The notes below the pieces were generated by a model, which worked only from the letters and a program-made list of their open reading frames with translations, had not been told where the DNA came from and did no database searches. Positions 26,588 to 38,562 of a stretch of 64,000 bases of DNA are shown here, piece after piece. The position numbers and the translations under genes are program-made. Numbering within the stretch: position 1 is the stretch's first letter; each line of letters opens with the position of its first letter. The DNA lies in the NCBI GenBank assembly GCA_964016885.1, contig OZ024758.1, positions 17,236,001 to 17,300,000 on the forward strand. The letters are read 5' to 3'. The DNA comes from Eledone cirrhosa (taxonomy: Eukaryota).

Positions 26588-29394
26588 ATATACGCAGTAA
26601 TACAGGAAACCTGACTTCCCATGGGTTCAAGCTGAAGCTGAAGCATATAGACAGTATGTCACCCTCCAACTGTAAAATGGTCATGTAGGTCTCACGACAA
26701 AAAAGCACCAAGTCTACCCTGTAAAGTGGTGATGCTAAAGTCATGATAAAATGTTTGCAATATATGTTGTAAAGTGGTTGCTGTAAGGAGGGGTATCCAA
26801 CCATAGAAAGCATGCTCTAAGTATATATCGTAAACTGGGTGGAATTAGGAAGAGCATCCAGCTACATAAACCAAGCCTCAATGGAACATATGAGCAAGAC
26901 ATGCGCTCACCTGCTCACCTGATACGTCTAGCTTCAAAATGTGACAATCTGTTTAACCCATGCAAGCATGGAAAATAGACGTTAAATGGTGATGATGATC
27001 ATGATGATCATGCTAAAGAAAAAAAAAAAGTCAAACCAGATCTGAACAGATTAATCCATGTGGATATGAGAAGATCTCAGAATGGAAAATTCTGAAGATA
27101 GAAATTTTAAATATGGAAATAATTTAAAGGTGGAAATTGTTAAGAAATTGTAAAATCAATAGACACTCTGTGACCAAATGAAAGACTTTCCAAAATATAG
27201 AGAAACATAACGATAAACTAGCAACATTAAAAAAAATAATGATAATAATAAAAGCTTAGCCATTATAGAGATAATGAAAAGAAATGCCAACATCAATATC
27301 AGCAAGATAAATCAAATAATCCATTGAACAAGCCACAGTAGTTACACAAAAAAGCAGGTATTTCCTTAAAATGACTGATAGAAGAACATTTAAACCCAAA
27401 CAAATAATATGAAAAATGAACACACCATTGAGAAAAAATGAAAAAAATAAAAGGAAATATCTCTCAATCGTTAACAATATCAATAACGAAAAGACATAAA
27501 TGAAAGAAGGAAAATAAATATATATAAAAATAATATATAAATACAATATAAAAAAAAAGTACTCAATATGAAAGACTGCCTAAAACAAGAGATCCTTGCT
27601 ATATCATAAAGATTCCATTAAAATGAAAAGTAGCAATGATCCTTTGAACAAAGCAAACAGTTCAACTCACACCCACTCTTCAGTCTTTTCTCTCTCTTAT
27701 ACAAATGAATAATAGAAGTGACTGGGTGAGAGGAGTAATAGAAGTAATTGTATAGAAGGGAATTAGAGAAAAATGAAAAACCAAGAAAGACATGGCTGAA
27801 GATGATGAAAGAGGAAATAAAAGCTATGGGAATGGTAAGGGAAGAATCTGACGACAGGGCAATGGATGTGTTGATCATGGGATTTGAAGGAAAATAGCCT
27901 TAAAACATTTGTTGTTGTTGGTGGTGTTGTTATTCAAGTTAACATTTTAAACAAGAATGAGCTCATATGAAAATTTTGTAAGAATACTATCTTCCATCTT
28001 TGATATATAGAAGTCTTCAAGTTGTACTCAGCATATGACAAACACCTGGGAATATTACTTTAACTATAGTAAACAAATTCAGTAGAAACATTTTGACATG
28101 GGTGTCCATTTATAACAAATGTGCGAAGTCAACCTTGAAAGGAGAAGAAAAAGAATAATAAAAAAGCACTGACATATTCAGTATCAAAAAAGTCTTATAT
28201 TTGCAGTGGCCTCAAATGAACCACTCTTTTATATTAATAAAGATAAAGTGAGATCGATTTATTTGGTAAAAGGAAAAAAAATGAAAGTTTGCCCAGATTT
28301 TTTATAGTAAATGTTTACACATTCCAAAATGAGTGAATAAAAAAAAGTATTTTATTGAAAAACATTTATTTTATTCTGGCAAATGTTTATAATAAAAAGA
28401 ATAACTAAAAAAACATTAAAAATAACTAAACAACAAACTGTTTCTATAGCCTTCTATGTTCATGATTTCATATTTTATTCATCTTGACCCACAAGACATA
28501 AAAAATTCTCAAAGCAACCCACCTCTAACAAGTTCACTTGCTTCTGTGTTAGATAAAACAAAAACCATGATAAGAGACTAAGATTAAACTCAGTCTTTCA
28601 CATACTTAGAAATTAATTAACTACACAGATTTCAATACTCTTAAATAATGGACACATTTACAAAGATATATTCTTGAAACAGATTAATATTTAAAGCAGA
28701 GTTATCAACGACAATAAAGAATATGTATCAACATGCCATCTGATCTAGTTTTAATTTATAGCTACATTATTTTCAACAAGAGTATATATAAATTAGCATG
28801 ACTAGACAGATAAACAAGACAAAGCTTTTTCTGAATTTAAAATATATCACCCAGAATCTGGCATAGAATAACGATATTTACCAAAATACAAAGAGATAGA
28901 GGGTTTCTGGAACTAGGAAAACCTATTATAAAATATCTACTGTAGAACTACAAAAATATCATGTAAAGATATAAAAAGAAACCTATACAAATATTATCGA
29001 GACGTGAACAAAACGAAAAAAATGTTTTGTCAAAAAAGGAAGTCAAATATAATATAGAGGCTGAGGTAAGAGATAGCTTTGAGAATAGAGAGGAAAAAAA
29101 CAACAGATATTATAGAAGAAAAAGTAAGCACTTGACTGAAACTGTGATTACAAAGTGTTAGGTTAAGATGTTGGCAAGAAAAGAGCAAAAGCTGAGCAAA
29201 CCTGAAGTGGATACCACAAAGGAAAGAAAGAGTAATGAAAGAAAATATATAAAAGAAAACAAACAAGAAAAAACCCACTGTCCGAGAAGTGCAGGAGTTA
29301 CAACAGAGATGGAACAATTTTTTTTTTGTATTACACAAAACCAAAGCCTTCCTATCAGAAACAACCAAAACATAATGAAGTATATATAAAACTG

Positions 29395-29426
29395 TATATA
29401 TATACACATATATATATGTATGTATA

Positions 29427-29478
<52 letters not shown>

Positions 29479-29525
29479 ATGTATATGTATATATATATGT
29501 ATATATGTATATATATGTATGTATA

Positions 29526-29595
<70 letters not shown>

Positions 29596-29642
29596 ATGTA
29601 TATGTATATATATATGTATATATATATATATATGTATGTATA

Positions 29643-29683
<41 letters not shown>

Positions 29684-29713
29684 ATATATGTGTATATATA
29701 TATATACACATAC

Positions 29714-29752
<39 letters not shown>

Positions 29753-29841
29753 CATACATATATATATACATACACATATATATACATACACATATATATA
29801 TACATACATATACATACATACATATATATACATACATATAC

Positions 29842-29874
<33 letters not shown>

Positions 29875-29891
29875 CACATATATACACATAC

Positions 29892-29924
<33 letters not shown>

Positions 29925-30009
29925 CACATATATACACATACATATATATACACATACATATATATATACATACACATATATATACATACATATATATATA
30001 CATACATAT

Positions 30010-30044
<35 letters not shown>

Positions 30045-30050
30045 AATACA
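29395..30050. repeat. (TA)n/(TACA)n/(TATG)n microsatellite
   Basis: Direct reading; source of the 200-360 aa Y/I ORFs. Confidence 0.95.
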
Positions 30051-31509
30051 TATGCAGAATAGTATAGTGGAAGTTGTAAAGAAATAATCAATAATATTGT
30101 TTCTGACACTCCAGTCTTACACAAAAGAGGATATATAATAGGCTTGACTGAAATGGAGCTTTTACAAACCAGAAATTATGACAGCATTATAAAATATCCA
30201 CAGAAAAAGAAATGGCACACTATGCAAACATATACATCACATGGGGTCAAAGATAACAACAAAGAGACTATATTATGGGTAATGCCAGTCCAGACAGACA
30301 AGAGGATGAAGACAAATCACCTATCATCATCATCATCATTTAACATCCATCTTCCACGCTTGCATGGGTTTGGACGGGAATTTTCCCACTTGAGGCAAGA
30401 TTGGTTGTCTTGCTCGTATAGGACTGTCCGGCGGGTTTTCTACGGCTGATTGCCCTTCCTATCACCAACCACGTTTACAGTGTGGCATGGGAGGTTTTTA
30501 CCGTGATACCTGCACGGCCAGATTACAGCGTGGACTGTGTGTTTTTTTTTGTCGTGACACCTACACGATCTCATTTATTTCGGACTGGATGTTGTGTTAC
30601 CAACTTGACTTTACATCAGGTCCGAACACAAAGGAACCACACTCCCACTATCACTGCCTTTGTCTCTCTTGCTATCCTCATCTCTCACTATTATAAGCAA
30701 TTGGAGGCCCATGCACTTGCTGCCCTGTAGCCACAGTGGACAGAATAGAGAGAGCATTACCCCGGAGGAATTATTATTGTGAAGAGGGTGGTGGATTGGC
30801 AGTATCGGTAGAGCGTTGACTAACATGCTTTACAGCATGTAGTTATCGGGTTTTACGTTCTGAGTTCAAATCCCACCCAGGTTATGTATGAATCCGGTGA
30901 CATCATCAGCTGTATAATTGCATAATAGTTAGGAAGAAACAGAAAGAAAAAAACAAGAATGAAAAAAGGAGTTTTTTTGTTTTTGACCCAGTGGCAATTG
31001 AATACCCTGTCATCATTCGAGTGGATTGAACCACCAAATTTATATATATCATCATCATTTAACGTGCATCATTTAACGTTCATCTTCCACGCTAGCATGG
31101 GTTAGATGGTTTTGTTCCATTTGATGTGGGAATGGTTGGGAGACCGCGTCTCGCTTGCACAGAAGTGACTCTGGCAGGTTTTTTACAGCTGGATGCCCTT
31201 CCTAACACCAACCACATTTACAGTGTGGTTAGTGTTAGGAACCTCACACACACCTATATATATATATATATATATATAAATTTTAGTACAGCATTGACGA
31301 AGCTTTAGTATATGGCCAAGCTAGCGTATATGCATAATCGGTTTGTAGCTTTAGCACTCAGATGAGGTAAGACCCCAGAGTAATAAAATTACATTCAGAC
31401 AGCTTAGCAAATCAGATATAGCAGTCAGCAGTCCGACCGCATTACCAGAGCAACGAAAATACAGGACCCAGGAAAAGATTTTATATATATATATATATAT
31501 ATATATTAT

Positions 31510-31842
31510 TTTTCATTTTCATTTCATTTTACGTCCGCTTTTCCCTGCTTGCAAGGGTGGGACGGGAACTGATTTTGGCTTGATTTCTACAGCTGGATGC
31601 CCTTCCTAACACCAACCTCATTTACAGTGAGTGCTGGGTGCTTTTTTGCCGTGGCACCTCCACGATCACTTTACAGTGGAATGATATGGACCCCAGTCCC
31701 TATCATCTCATTTCTACAGCTGAGTAAACTGGAGCAATGTGAAATAAAGTGTCTTGCTCAAGGAAACAACACATCACCCGGTCTGAGAATTGAACTCACA
31801 ATCTTTCGATTGCAAGGCCAATGCTCTAACCACTAAGCCATA
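31510..31842 (-). mobile_element. tRNA/CORE SINE with RTE-derived tail
   Basis: Near-identical to 23333-23680; sits next to the LINE 3' end. Confidence 0.85.
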
Positions 31843-32351
31843 TACCTACATATCATCATCATCATCAGGTTTAGCGTCCGTGTTCCACGCTTGCATGGGT
31901 TTGGACGGGGGTTTTCCCACTTGAGGCAAGAGTGGTTGTCTTGCTCGCATAGGACTGTCTGGCGGGTTTTCTACAGTTGGATGCCCTTCCTAACACCAAC
32001 CACATTTACAGTGTGGGGCTGGGAGGTTTTTACCGTGTTGCCTACACGGCCACATTACAGCGTGGACTGTCTGGCGGGTTTTCTACAGCTGGATGCCCTT
32101 CCTAACACCAACCACATTTACAGTGTGGGGCTGGGAGGTTTTTACCGTGTTGCCTACACGGCCACATTTACAGCGTGGACTGTGTGTTTTTTGTCGTGAC
32201 ACCTACACGATCTCATTTGTTTCGGCCTGGATGTTGTGGGACCAACATAACTTTACATTGAAAGGGGCGGTGTGGGTGGGGTGGAGGTGGTGGGACGGGG
32301 GTGTGTTTTGATAGAGGTGCCTACTGACTGTAGTAGGTTTTTACTTTGTAT

Positions 32352-35300
32352 TTAGGTAAGGCGGGTCTTCTCTATTACTGAGTACCGCCAAAGGTCTCGG
32401 TCCAGTGACATTGTCTTGGAGAGGTGTAAGCGTGTGAGGTCGGAATTTATCAGCTCGTCCCATGTTTTTCTGGGTCTGCCTACTCCGTGGCTACCGTCTA
32501 TCTTTATTGCCCTGCACTTTGTTATACAGCTGTCGTCTTTCATGCGCATCACGTGACCGTACCAACGTAGCCTTCTCTCGAGTAAACAACATCTGATCCC
32601 TCTTATTTCTAATTTTTTCCTTAGTTCGTTTATGCTTTGCCGTTCGCGTATATTACTATTGCACATCCAGCGGAGCATGCAAGCTTCGTTCCTCTCTAGT
32701 CTGCGTATATCCTCTGCACACAATGCCCAGGTCTCACTGCCATGCAGCATTGCTGTTCGTATGCAGGCATCGTATAACCTGCCTTTCATTTTTAGGGAGA
32801 ACCCTCTAGCGGCTAATAGTGGTATAAGCTCTCTGAACTTTTTCCATCCAGTTCTGACTCTAGCTACTGTACTTTCAGAGCACCCTCCCCCACTGCTGAT
32901 TTTGTCACCCAGATAACGGAAGCTGTCCACTATTTCTATAGAACCCTCTGCGCAGTTGAAGGAGCTAGTATTTTGTGGGCACTTGCTGCTACTTATTGCA
33001 CCAGAGCACCGGCCACATGTAAAATCTATGTTCTTAGTTAGCTTACCTGTGATCCCACTACATCTTTTATGCACCCATACTTTGCATTTGGGACATAAAA
33101 TGGAGTTTCTACCTACGCCTTTCCTACACACTGAGCATGGCCATTTCCCCGATGGGACCGCCGCCTTATTTTCTTTCCTACAAACTAGAACTTTAGTCTT
33201 AGCCAGGTTAATTTTAAGGCCTTTTGATTCTAGGCCGTGCTTCCACGTTTGGAATTTCTTCTCTAGTTCGGTCATTGATTCAGCTATGAGCGTTAGATCA
33301 TCTGCGTATAGGAGTTCCCATGGGCAGCCGGTCTTGAACTCCTCTGTTATAGCCTGAAGGGCAATAATAAATAGTAGGGGGCTAAGTACAGAGCCCTGAT
33401 GGACACCAACTTTTACGCTAAACTCTTCACTATATTCGTTGTTAATTCTAACCTTACTGACTGTTTCTTTATACATGGCTTGTATAGCTCTCACAAGCCA
33501 TTCGTCAACACCTAGTTTTCTAAGAGACCACCAGATAATGGAACGGGGGACTCTGTCGAAGGCTTTCTCCAAGTCGACAAAAGCTAAGTATAGGGGTTTA
33601 CTTTTAGCTAGGTACTTCTCCTGTAGTTGTCGTACAATGAAAAGAGCGTCTGTGGTACTTTTGCCTGACACAAACCCGAACTGCATTTCATCTAGATCAA
33701 TTCTCTCTCTGATTAGTTGCGCTATTACTTTTTCCGTGACCTTCATGACCTGGTCGATTAATTTAATGCCTCTATAGTTACTCCTATCTAGGGCATCTCC
33801 TTTTCCCTTATAGCAGTTAACGATGATGCTGCTACGCCATTCCTTCGGAACAACCCCATTCTGTACGACTTGGTTAACTATCCGGGTGACCATGGTGTGT
33901 CCCACCGAACCAGATGCCTTCAGCATCTCAGCAACTATTTCCGAAGGCCCAGCCGCCTTACCCGTCTTCATATCTTTGATTGCCTTACTTATTATACTAC
34001 CTTCAACTAACACTGCTGGTCCCTCTATTGGATCGATCTGGGGGAGACTGTCTTTCTCCCATTTGTTCTCCTCATTTAGAAGCCTTTCGTAGTGACACTT
34101 CCAAGCTACCTTCTTATCAGCATCGGTGATGGCAAGTATGCCATCATCGTTAAGTACACACTTCTCCCCGACAATATCACGGTTTTCCTTGACACATTGC
34201 CTGGCAATCCTGAACACCTCACGTTTTTGGTCCTCACGTTGTAGAACATGCTTGAACTTTCTTTCCTCTGCTTCCCTTCTTGCGAAGTACACTTGTCTCC
34301 TAGCTTCCCTCCTGGCCACTTGATAGTCTTCTCTACTTCCCCCATCCCGCCATACTTTCCAAGCCTGCTTTTTGGCCTTAATTGACTCCTCCACCTTACT
34401 GTTCCACCACCATGTTACTCTCCTCCTACCTACAGGCCTGCTCCAGCCACAGACTTCGTCTGCCGCCGTCAGCAGGTTTGCTCTCAGGAATTCCCACTGT
34501 TCCTCTATATTATACGACTCTAATTGCTCTTCCTTACTGTCGAAAGCGTCAAGTAATTTGCTTTGAAATTTATTTCTGGCTATGGGGTCCTTTAGCTTCC
34601 ATATTTTTCTCCTGAGGATAGTCCTCTTCCGCTGTCTATTACGTCTCGTCCTGACTATGAGGTCGCTAATTATCAGTCTATGTTGGGAGGTGAATTCTTC
34701 ATGGGGGTGGGATTTAGTGTTAACAACAGACACTCTGTCACGTCTTCTGGTAAGGATATAATCTACCTGGCTTGTGTGTTCCCCCGATCTATAGGTGATC
34801 AAGTGATTGTCTCGTTTTTTGAAGTTAGTGTTACAGATAGTTAAGTTATTTGCGTCGCAGAATTCCAGGATTCTGGAGCCTTCCTCATTTCTAGTACCGA
34901 ACCCATAGCCTCCATGGATTCCGTCATAGCCGTCACAATGTTGTCCAACGTGACCATTTAGGTCGCCTGCAATAACTATATAGTCACTGTCGGTTATTTG
35001 GGAGGTAGCGAGCATCAGTGTCTCGTAGAATCTGTCTTTTATAGCGCGGGGCAGTCCGGATTGGGGTGCGTACGCAGATATTACTGTCACCGTAGTTTTA
35101 TTGAGGACAAGTCTTATTTTAATTATTCTGTCGTTCACTCTATTTACGTCTATTATCTTATCTGCCCACTTTTCTGCTACCATGATTCCTACCCCACCCA
35201 ACCCATTGTCATTTCCCACCCAGAAAAGCTTATAGCATCGCTCTTTACCCACGATGAATCTAGCCGACCCTCCCCTCCACCTGGTCTCTTGAATACAACA

Positions 35301-35588
35301 AACATCGACCTCCTTACGTTCAAGCATTTCTACAACCTCGTTAGAGCGACCCTTTAAGGTGCCTACATTCATGGTACCAACTCTGAAGTTTTGGATTGCG
35401 TTTGGAGGGTGGGAGCAGTGGGGCGCGGGGGGGGGGGATGGGGTTATGTTAGCCATCCTGGGCCGAAACAAGGAGGAGTGCTTGCATTCTCGTCCACGAG
35501 GTGAATTTGGCTTTATCTTTGGCATTGTCGCTGAGCGTCCACATTTTTCTCTCTTCAACTCTCCAGAATTCCGTAGTCCATCCATCAT
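32352..35588 (-). CDS. RTE LINE polyprotein: APE endonuclease, reverse transcriptase and internal PHD-type zinc finger
   Basis: APE motifs GTMNVGTL, CIQETRW, SAYAP, GDLNGHVG, QVDYIL, SQHR. RT motifs NYRGIKL, QFGF, FVDLEKAFD, GVHQGSVLSP, LYADD, FRYLG. RTE tail RRLRWYGHV..GRPRKTW. The track starts at TTG 35600; the first ATG is at 35588 and the true start is uncertain. Confidence 0.96.
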   Translation of the reverse strand: MMDGLRNSGELKREKCGRSATMPKIKPNSPRGRECKHSSLFRPRMANITPSPPPAPHCSHPPNAIQNFRVGTMNVGTLKGRSNEVVEMLERKEVDVCCIQETRWRGGSARFIVGKERCYKLFWVGNDNGLGGVGIMVAEKWADKIIDVNRVNDRIIKIRLVLNKTTVTVISAYAPQSGLPRAIKDRFYETLMLATSQITDSDYIVIAGDLNGHVGQHCDGYDGIHGGYGFGTRNEEGSRILEFCDANNLTICNTNFKKRDNHLITYRSGEHTSQVDYILTRRRDRVSVVNTKSHPHEEFTSQHRLIISDLIVRTRRNRQRKRTILRRKIWKLKDPIARNKFQSKLLDAFDSKEEQLESYNIEEQWEFLRANLLTAADEVCGWSRPVGRRRVTWWWNSKVEESIKAKKQAWKVWRDGGSREDYQVARREARRQVYFARREAEERKFKHVLQREDQKREVFRIARQCVKENRDIVGEKCVLNDDGILAITDADKKVAWKCHYERLLNEENKWEKDSLPQIDPIEGPAVLVEGSIISKAIKDMKTGKAAGPSEIVAEMLKASGSVGHTMVTRIVNQVVQNGVVPKEWRSSIIVNCYKGKGDALDRSNYRGIKLIDQVMKVTEKVIAQLIRERIDLDEMQFGFVSGKSTTDALFIVRQLQEKYLAKSKPLYLAFVDLEKAFDRVPRSIIWWSLRKLGVDEWLVRAIQAMYKETVSKVRINNEYSEEFSVKVGVHQGSVLSPLLFIIALQAITEEFKTGCPWELLYADDLTLIAESMTELEKKFQTWKHGLESKGLKINLAKTKVLVCRKENKAAVPSGKWPCSVCRKGVGRNSILCPKCKVWVHKRCSGITGKLTKNIDFTCGRCSGAISSSKCPQNTSSFNCAEGSIEIVDSFRYLGDKISSGGGCSESTVARVRTGWKKFRELIPLLAARGFSLKMKGRLYDACIRTAMLHGSETWALCAEDIRRLERNEACMLRWMCNSNIRERQSINELRKKLEIRGIRCCLLERRLRWYGHVMRMKDDSCITKCRAIKIDGSHGVGRPRKTWDELINSDLTRLHLSKTMSLDRDLWRYSVIEKTRLT

Positions 35589-35692
35589 ATCGAAAAGCAA
35601 CCAGTTAAACGATAGTATGGGCCTCTGACTTATGATTGGTCCACTTAATAATGGTGGTGCGTGGGGGCGGGAGGGAGGGATGATGGGTTGTT

Positions 35693-37000
35693 AGCGAGAA
35701 TGTAAGGTTTAAGATAAGATCGCCGTATTTTGGGCATGATTTAACAATAAACGAAAATACAAGATTTGTTTTGTTTAAGAAATTACGATAGAGAAAATGC
35801 GGTGATAGGGGAAATATGATTTTTAGAGAAAAGATATGATATAAAATGGTGAAAATATGATATAGTGTGAAATTAGGACATAGAAGTGATTGAATGAATG
35901 GGTTCGAATGGAGAGAAGAATCGAGAAAAATTTGAACGTTACTTTATACCGGAGGGAACAGCCATCCCAGAAATAGCGAGTTGGCGATTTTGATTAATTT
36001 TGGTAGGGTTTTATCTTATATGTATAGAGAGGGAGGGGGGGGGGGCAGGAACCAGCATGATGAATGGGTAGGGGGTAGAATATGGGATGGAGCAGAGGTT
36101 AAAAGTTTAAATAGGTACTCGAAGATTTGCGTAAAACTTAGCAAGTTTAACAAATTATATTTAAAGGAATATATAATAGTGATAGCGAGAATGTAAGGTT
36201 TAAGATAAGATCGCCGTATTTTGGGCATGATTTAACAATAAACGAAAATACAAGATTTGTTTTGTTTAAGAAATTACGATAGAGAAAATGCGGTGATAGG
36301 GGAAATATGATTTTTAGAGAAAAGATATGATATAGAATGGTGAAAATATGATATAGTGTGAATTTAGGACATAGAAGTGATTGAATGAATGGGTTCGAAT
36401 GGAGAGAAGAATCGAGAAAAAATTGGGCATAATTTAACAATAAACGAAAATACAAGATTTGTTTTGTTTAAGAAAATACGGTAGAGAAAATGCGGTGATA
36501 GGGGAAATATGATTTTTAGAGAAAAGATATGATATAGAATGGTGAAAATATGATATAGTGTGAAATTAGGACATAGAAGTGATTGAATGAATGGGTTCGA
36601 ATGGAGAGAAGAATCGAGAAAAAATTGGGCATAATTTAACAATAAACGAAAATACAAGATTTGTTTTGTTTAAGAAAATACGGTAGAGAAAATGCGGTGA
36701 TAGGGAAAATATGATTTTTAGAGAAAAGATATGATATAGAATGGTGAAAATATGATATAGTGTGAAATTAGGACATAGAAGTGATTGAATGAATGGGTTC
36801 GAATGGAGAGAAGAATCGAGAAAAATTTGAACGTTACTTTATACCGGAGGGAACAGCCATCCCAGAAATAGCGAGTTGGCGATTTTGATTAATTTTGGTA
36901 GGGTTTTATCTTATATGTATAGAGAGGGAGGGGGGGGGCAGGAACCAGCATGATGAATGGGTAGGGGGTAGAATATGGGATGGAGCAGAGGTTAAAAGTT

Positions 37001-37004
<4 letters not shown>
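35693..37004 (-). repeat. Tandem repeats in the LINE 5' region (491-bp unit containing a 202-bp monomer; 4 monomers in total)
   Basis: TGGGCAT anchor at 35731, 36222, 36424 and 36626; the block 35933-36112 is repeated at 36829-37004. Confidence 0.92.
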
Positions 37005-37071
<67 letters not shown>

Positions 37072-37104
37072 TTAGGATTGGTGCTCTGAAATAATGATGT
37101 ATAC

Positions 37105-37455
37105 ATGAATGTATGTATAGTATATTTGTCAATATACCGTATGTTTAATTAAACACATTTTGAAGACCTAATTTTTAATTTTTGCTCGAACGACAATCGC
37201 TCTGTATAATCAGTTCCTGATTATTACTGGAGTTCTATAAGAATCCAGCCTCTATAATTTTCGGCAAAGACGAGTAGTACGATGCTCTGAGGATTGCCAA
37301 GCATGAAACAGAATCTGTCAGCTTCACTCCCTTCTTTTGCCGAAAAAAGAAGTAAGTGACATAGTCACTACTTTAAAAATGATAGCGCAAGGTCTTCAAA
37401 GTGTGTTTAATTAAACATACGGTATATTGCCAAATATACTATATATGCATTCATA
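37105..37455. mobile_element. (TA)-flanked element with ~65-bp terminal inverted arms (Penelope-like)
   Basis: 37105-37170 is the reverse complement of 37390-37455; internal hammerhead-like motif. Confidence 0.6.
37260..37344 (+). ncRNA. Candidate type I hammerhead ribozyme
   Basis: GCT-CTGAGGA-t TGC caa GCA t-GAAA-CAG aat CTG-TC-AGC. GUC cleavage triplet. Stem I extends through GAGT/ACTC and TTCGGCAAAGA/TCTTTTGCCGAA. The stem II closing pair is non-canonical. Confidence 0.55.
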
Positions 37456-37477
37456 TATATATATACATTCATAACGG

Positions 37478-37724
37478 AGGAAATGTGGTAAGGAACCAGG
37501 TGGACCATAACGCACCAAAGTACTCAATACTTAAGGTAGTAGAGTGGGTAATAGGAACGAGTAGGACCCCAACGGCTGAGCTCAAACCGTTTCGACGGCT
37601 AATTCTGGACTAAAAAAAAAAAAAAGATTTTTTTTTAATTTTTAATTTTTAATTTTTTTTTTAGTCCAGAATTAGCCGTCGAAACGGCTTGAGCTCAGCC
37701 GTCGGGGTCCTACTTGTTCCTATA
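37478..37724. repeat. (TA)-flanked fold-back repeat family (second copy at 42700-42893)
   Basis: Arms TAGGAAC..GAGCTCAA..CGTTTCGACGGCTAATTCTGGACT and their reverse complement. Confidence 0.8.
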
Positions 37725-38227
37725 TACATTCATATATATATATATATACATACATTCATATTTATATATCGGTCATCTGTTTGATGACCGATCCAGATGT
37801 ATATTAATATTGCTTAGGATCCAGAAACCTTTAGTAATGGAGTAGTTATATGTTGTGTTGTTCACTTTCTAATGAAATAGCTCTGTTCTATAGATAGAGC
37901 ACTCTTTTTCCTTTGCTTTTTCTTTGGAAATACCGAACACATATACGTATGTGTGTGTATTTATAAGTGTGTGTGTGTGTGTATTTACCCATTTCACTCT
38001 CTCTCATGCTGTGTCTCTCCCTCACTACATATATATTCAGTGTACAGGAATCTTCAATATTTTATTTTCTTTATTGTTATATGTTGTGTTTTTACCAAAT
38101 ATATTCAAGAAGTATTATCCTGTTGACAGAAGTCTTATTATTTCACCTGCTGATATTTTGATACCATCTAGTTGTACTACTATGTTCTGAAGAAAAATAG
38201 GACTATATGTCAATTCAATAACATTAA

Positions 38228-38562
38228 TAATTGTTTCTACTTTAGGCACAAGGCCAGCAATTATCCAGTGCATTACTGGTACTTTATTTTATCAACCCCG
38301 TAAGGATGAAAGGCAAAGTCAATTAAATAATATTTATAACTATTTTATTTTGTTTCAATATTATATAAATTTCCAGTGGCTTATTTTATAAAGGGCGGTG
38401 GATTGGCAGTATTGGTAGAGTGCCAGACACCATGCTTTGTGGCATTGAGTTATGGCCCTTTATGTTCTAAGTTCAAATTCCACTGATGTTAACTTTGCCT
38501 TTCATCCTTACGGGGACGATAAAATAAAGCACCAGTAATACAGTGGGATAATTACTGGCCTG
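38228..38562. mobile_element. Two SINE family A copies in divergent orientation
   Basis: 38228-38322 (minus, 3' part only) and 38391-38562 (plus). Confidence 0.8.

Larger units (their letters stand above)
31852..37004 (-). mobile_element. Full-length RTE-clade LINE (~5.15 kb)
   Basis: Repeat-built 5' region, one intact APE-RT ORF, ~500-bp 3' UTR and (TGA)n tail. The 5' end abuts (TA)n. No unambiguous TSD. Confidence 0.9.

Noticed and set aside
27950-29390. Possible ancient LINE endonuclease relic
   Set aside because: A-rich strand bias but no motif I can confidently reconstruct.
29030-30124. 364-aa ORF and overlapping ORFs
   Set aside because: Mostly (TA)/(TG)/(CA) microsatellite, open in several frames on both strands.
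31290-31480. Hammerhead-like TTGACGA..GGCCAAGCT motif
   Set aside because: The GAAA core is missing and the stems are unconvincing. A similar weak motif at ~37777-37840 was also not called.
32632-35628. Plus-strand ORFs of 60-133 aa
   Set aside because: Antisense shadows of the LINE ORF.
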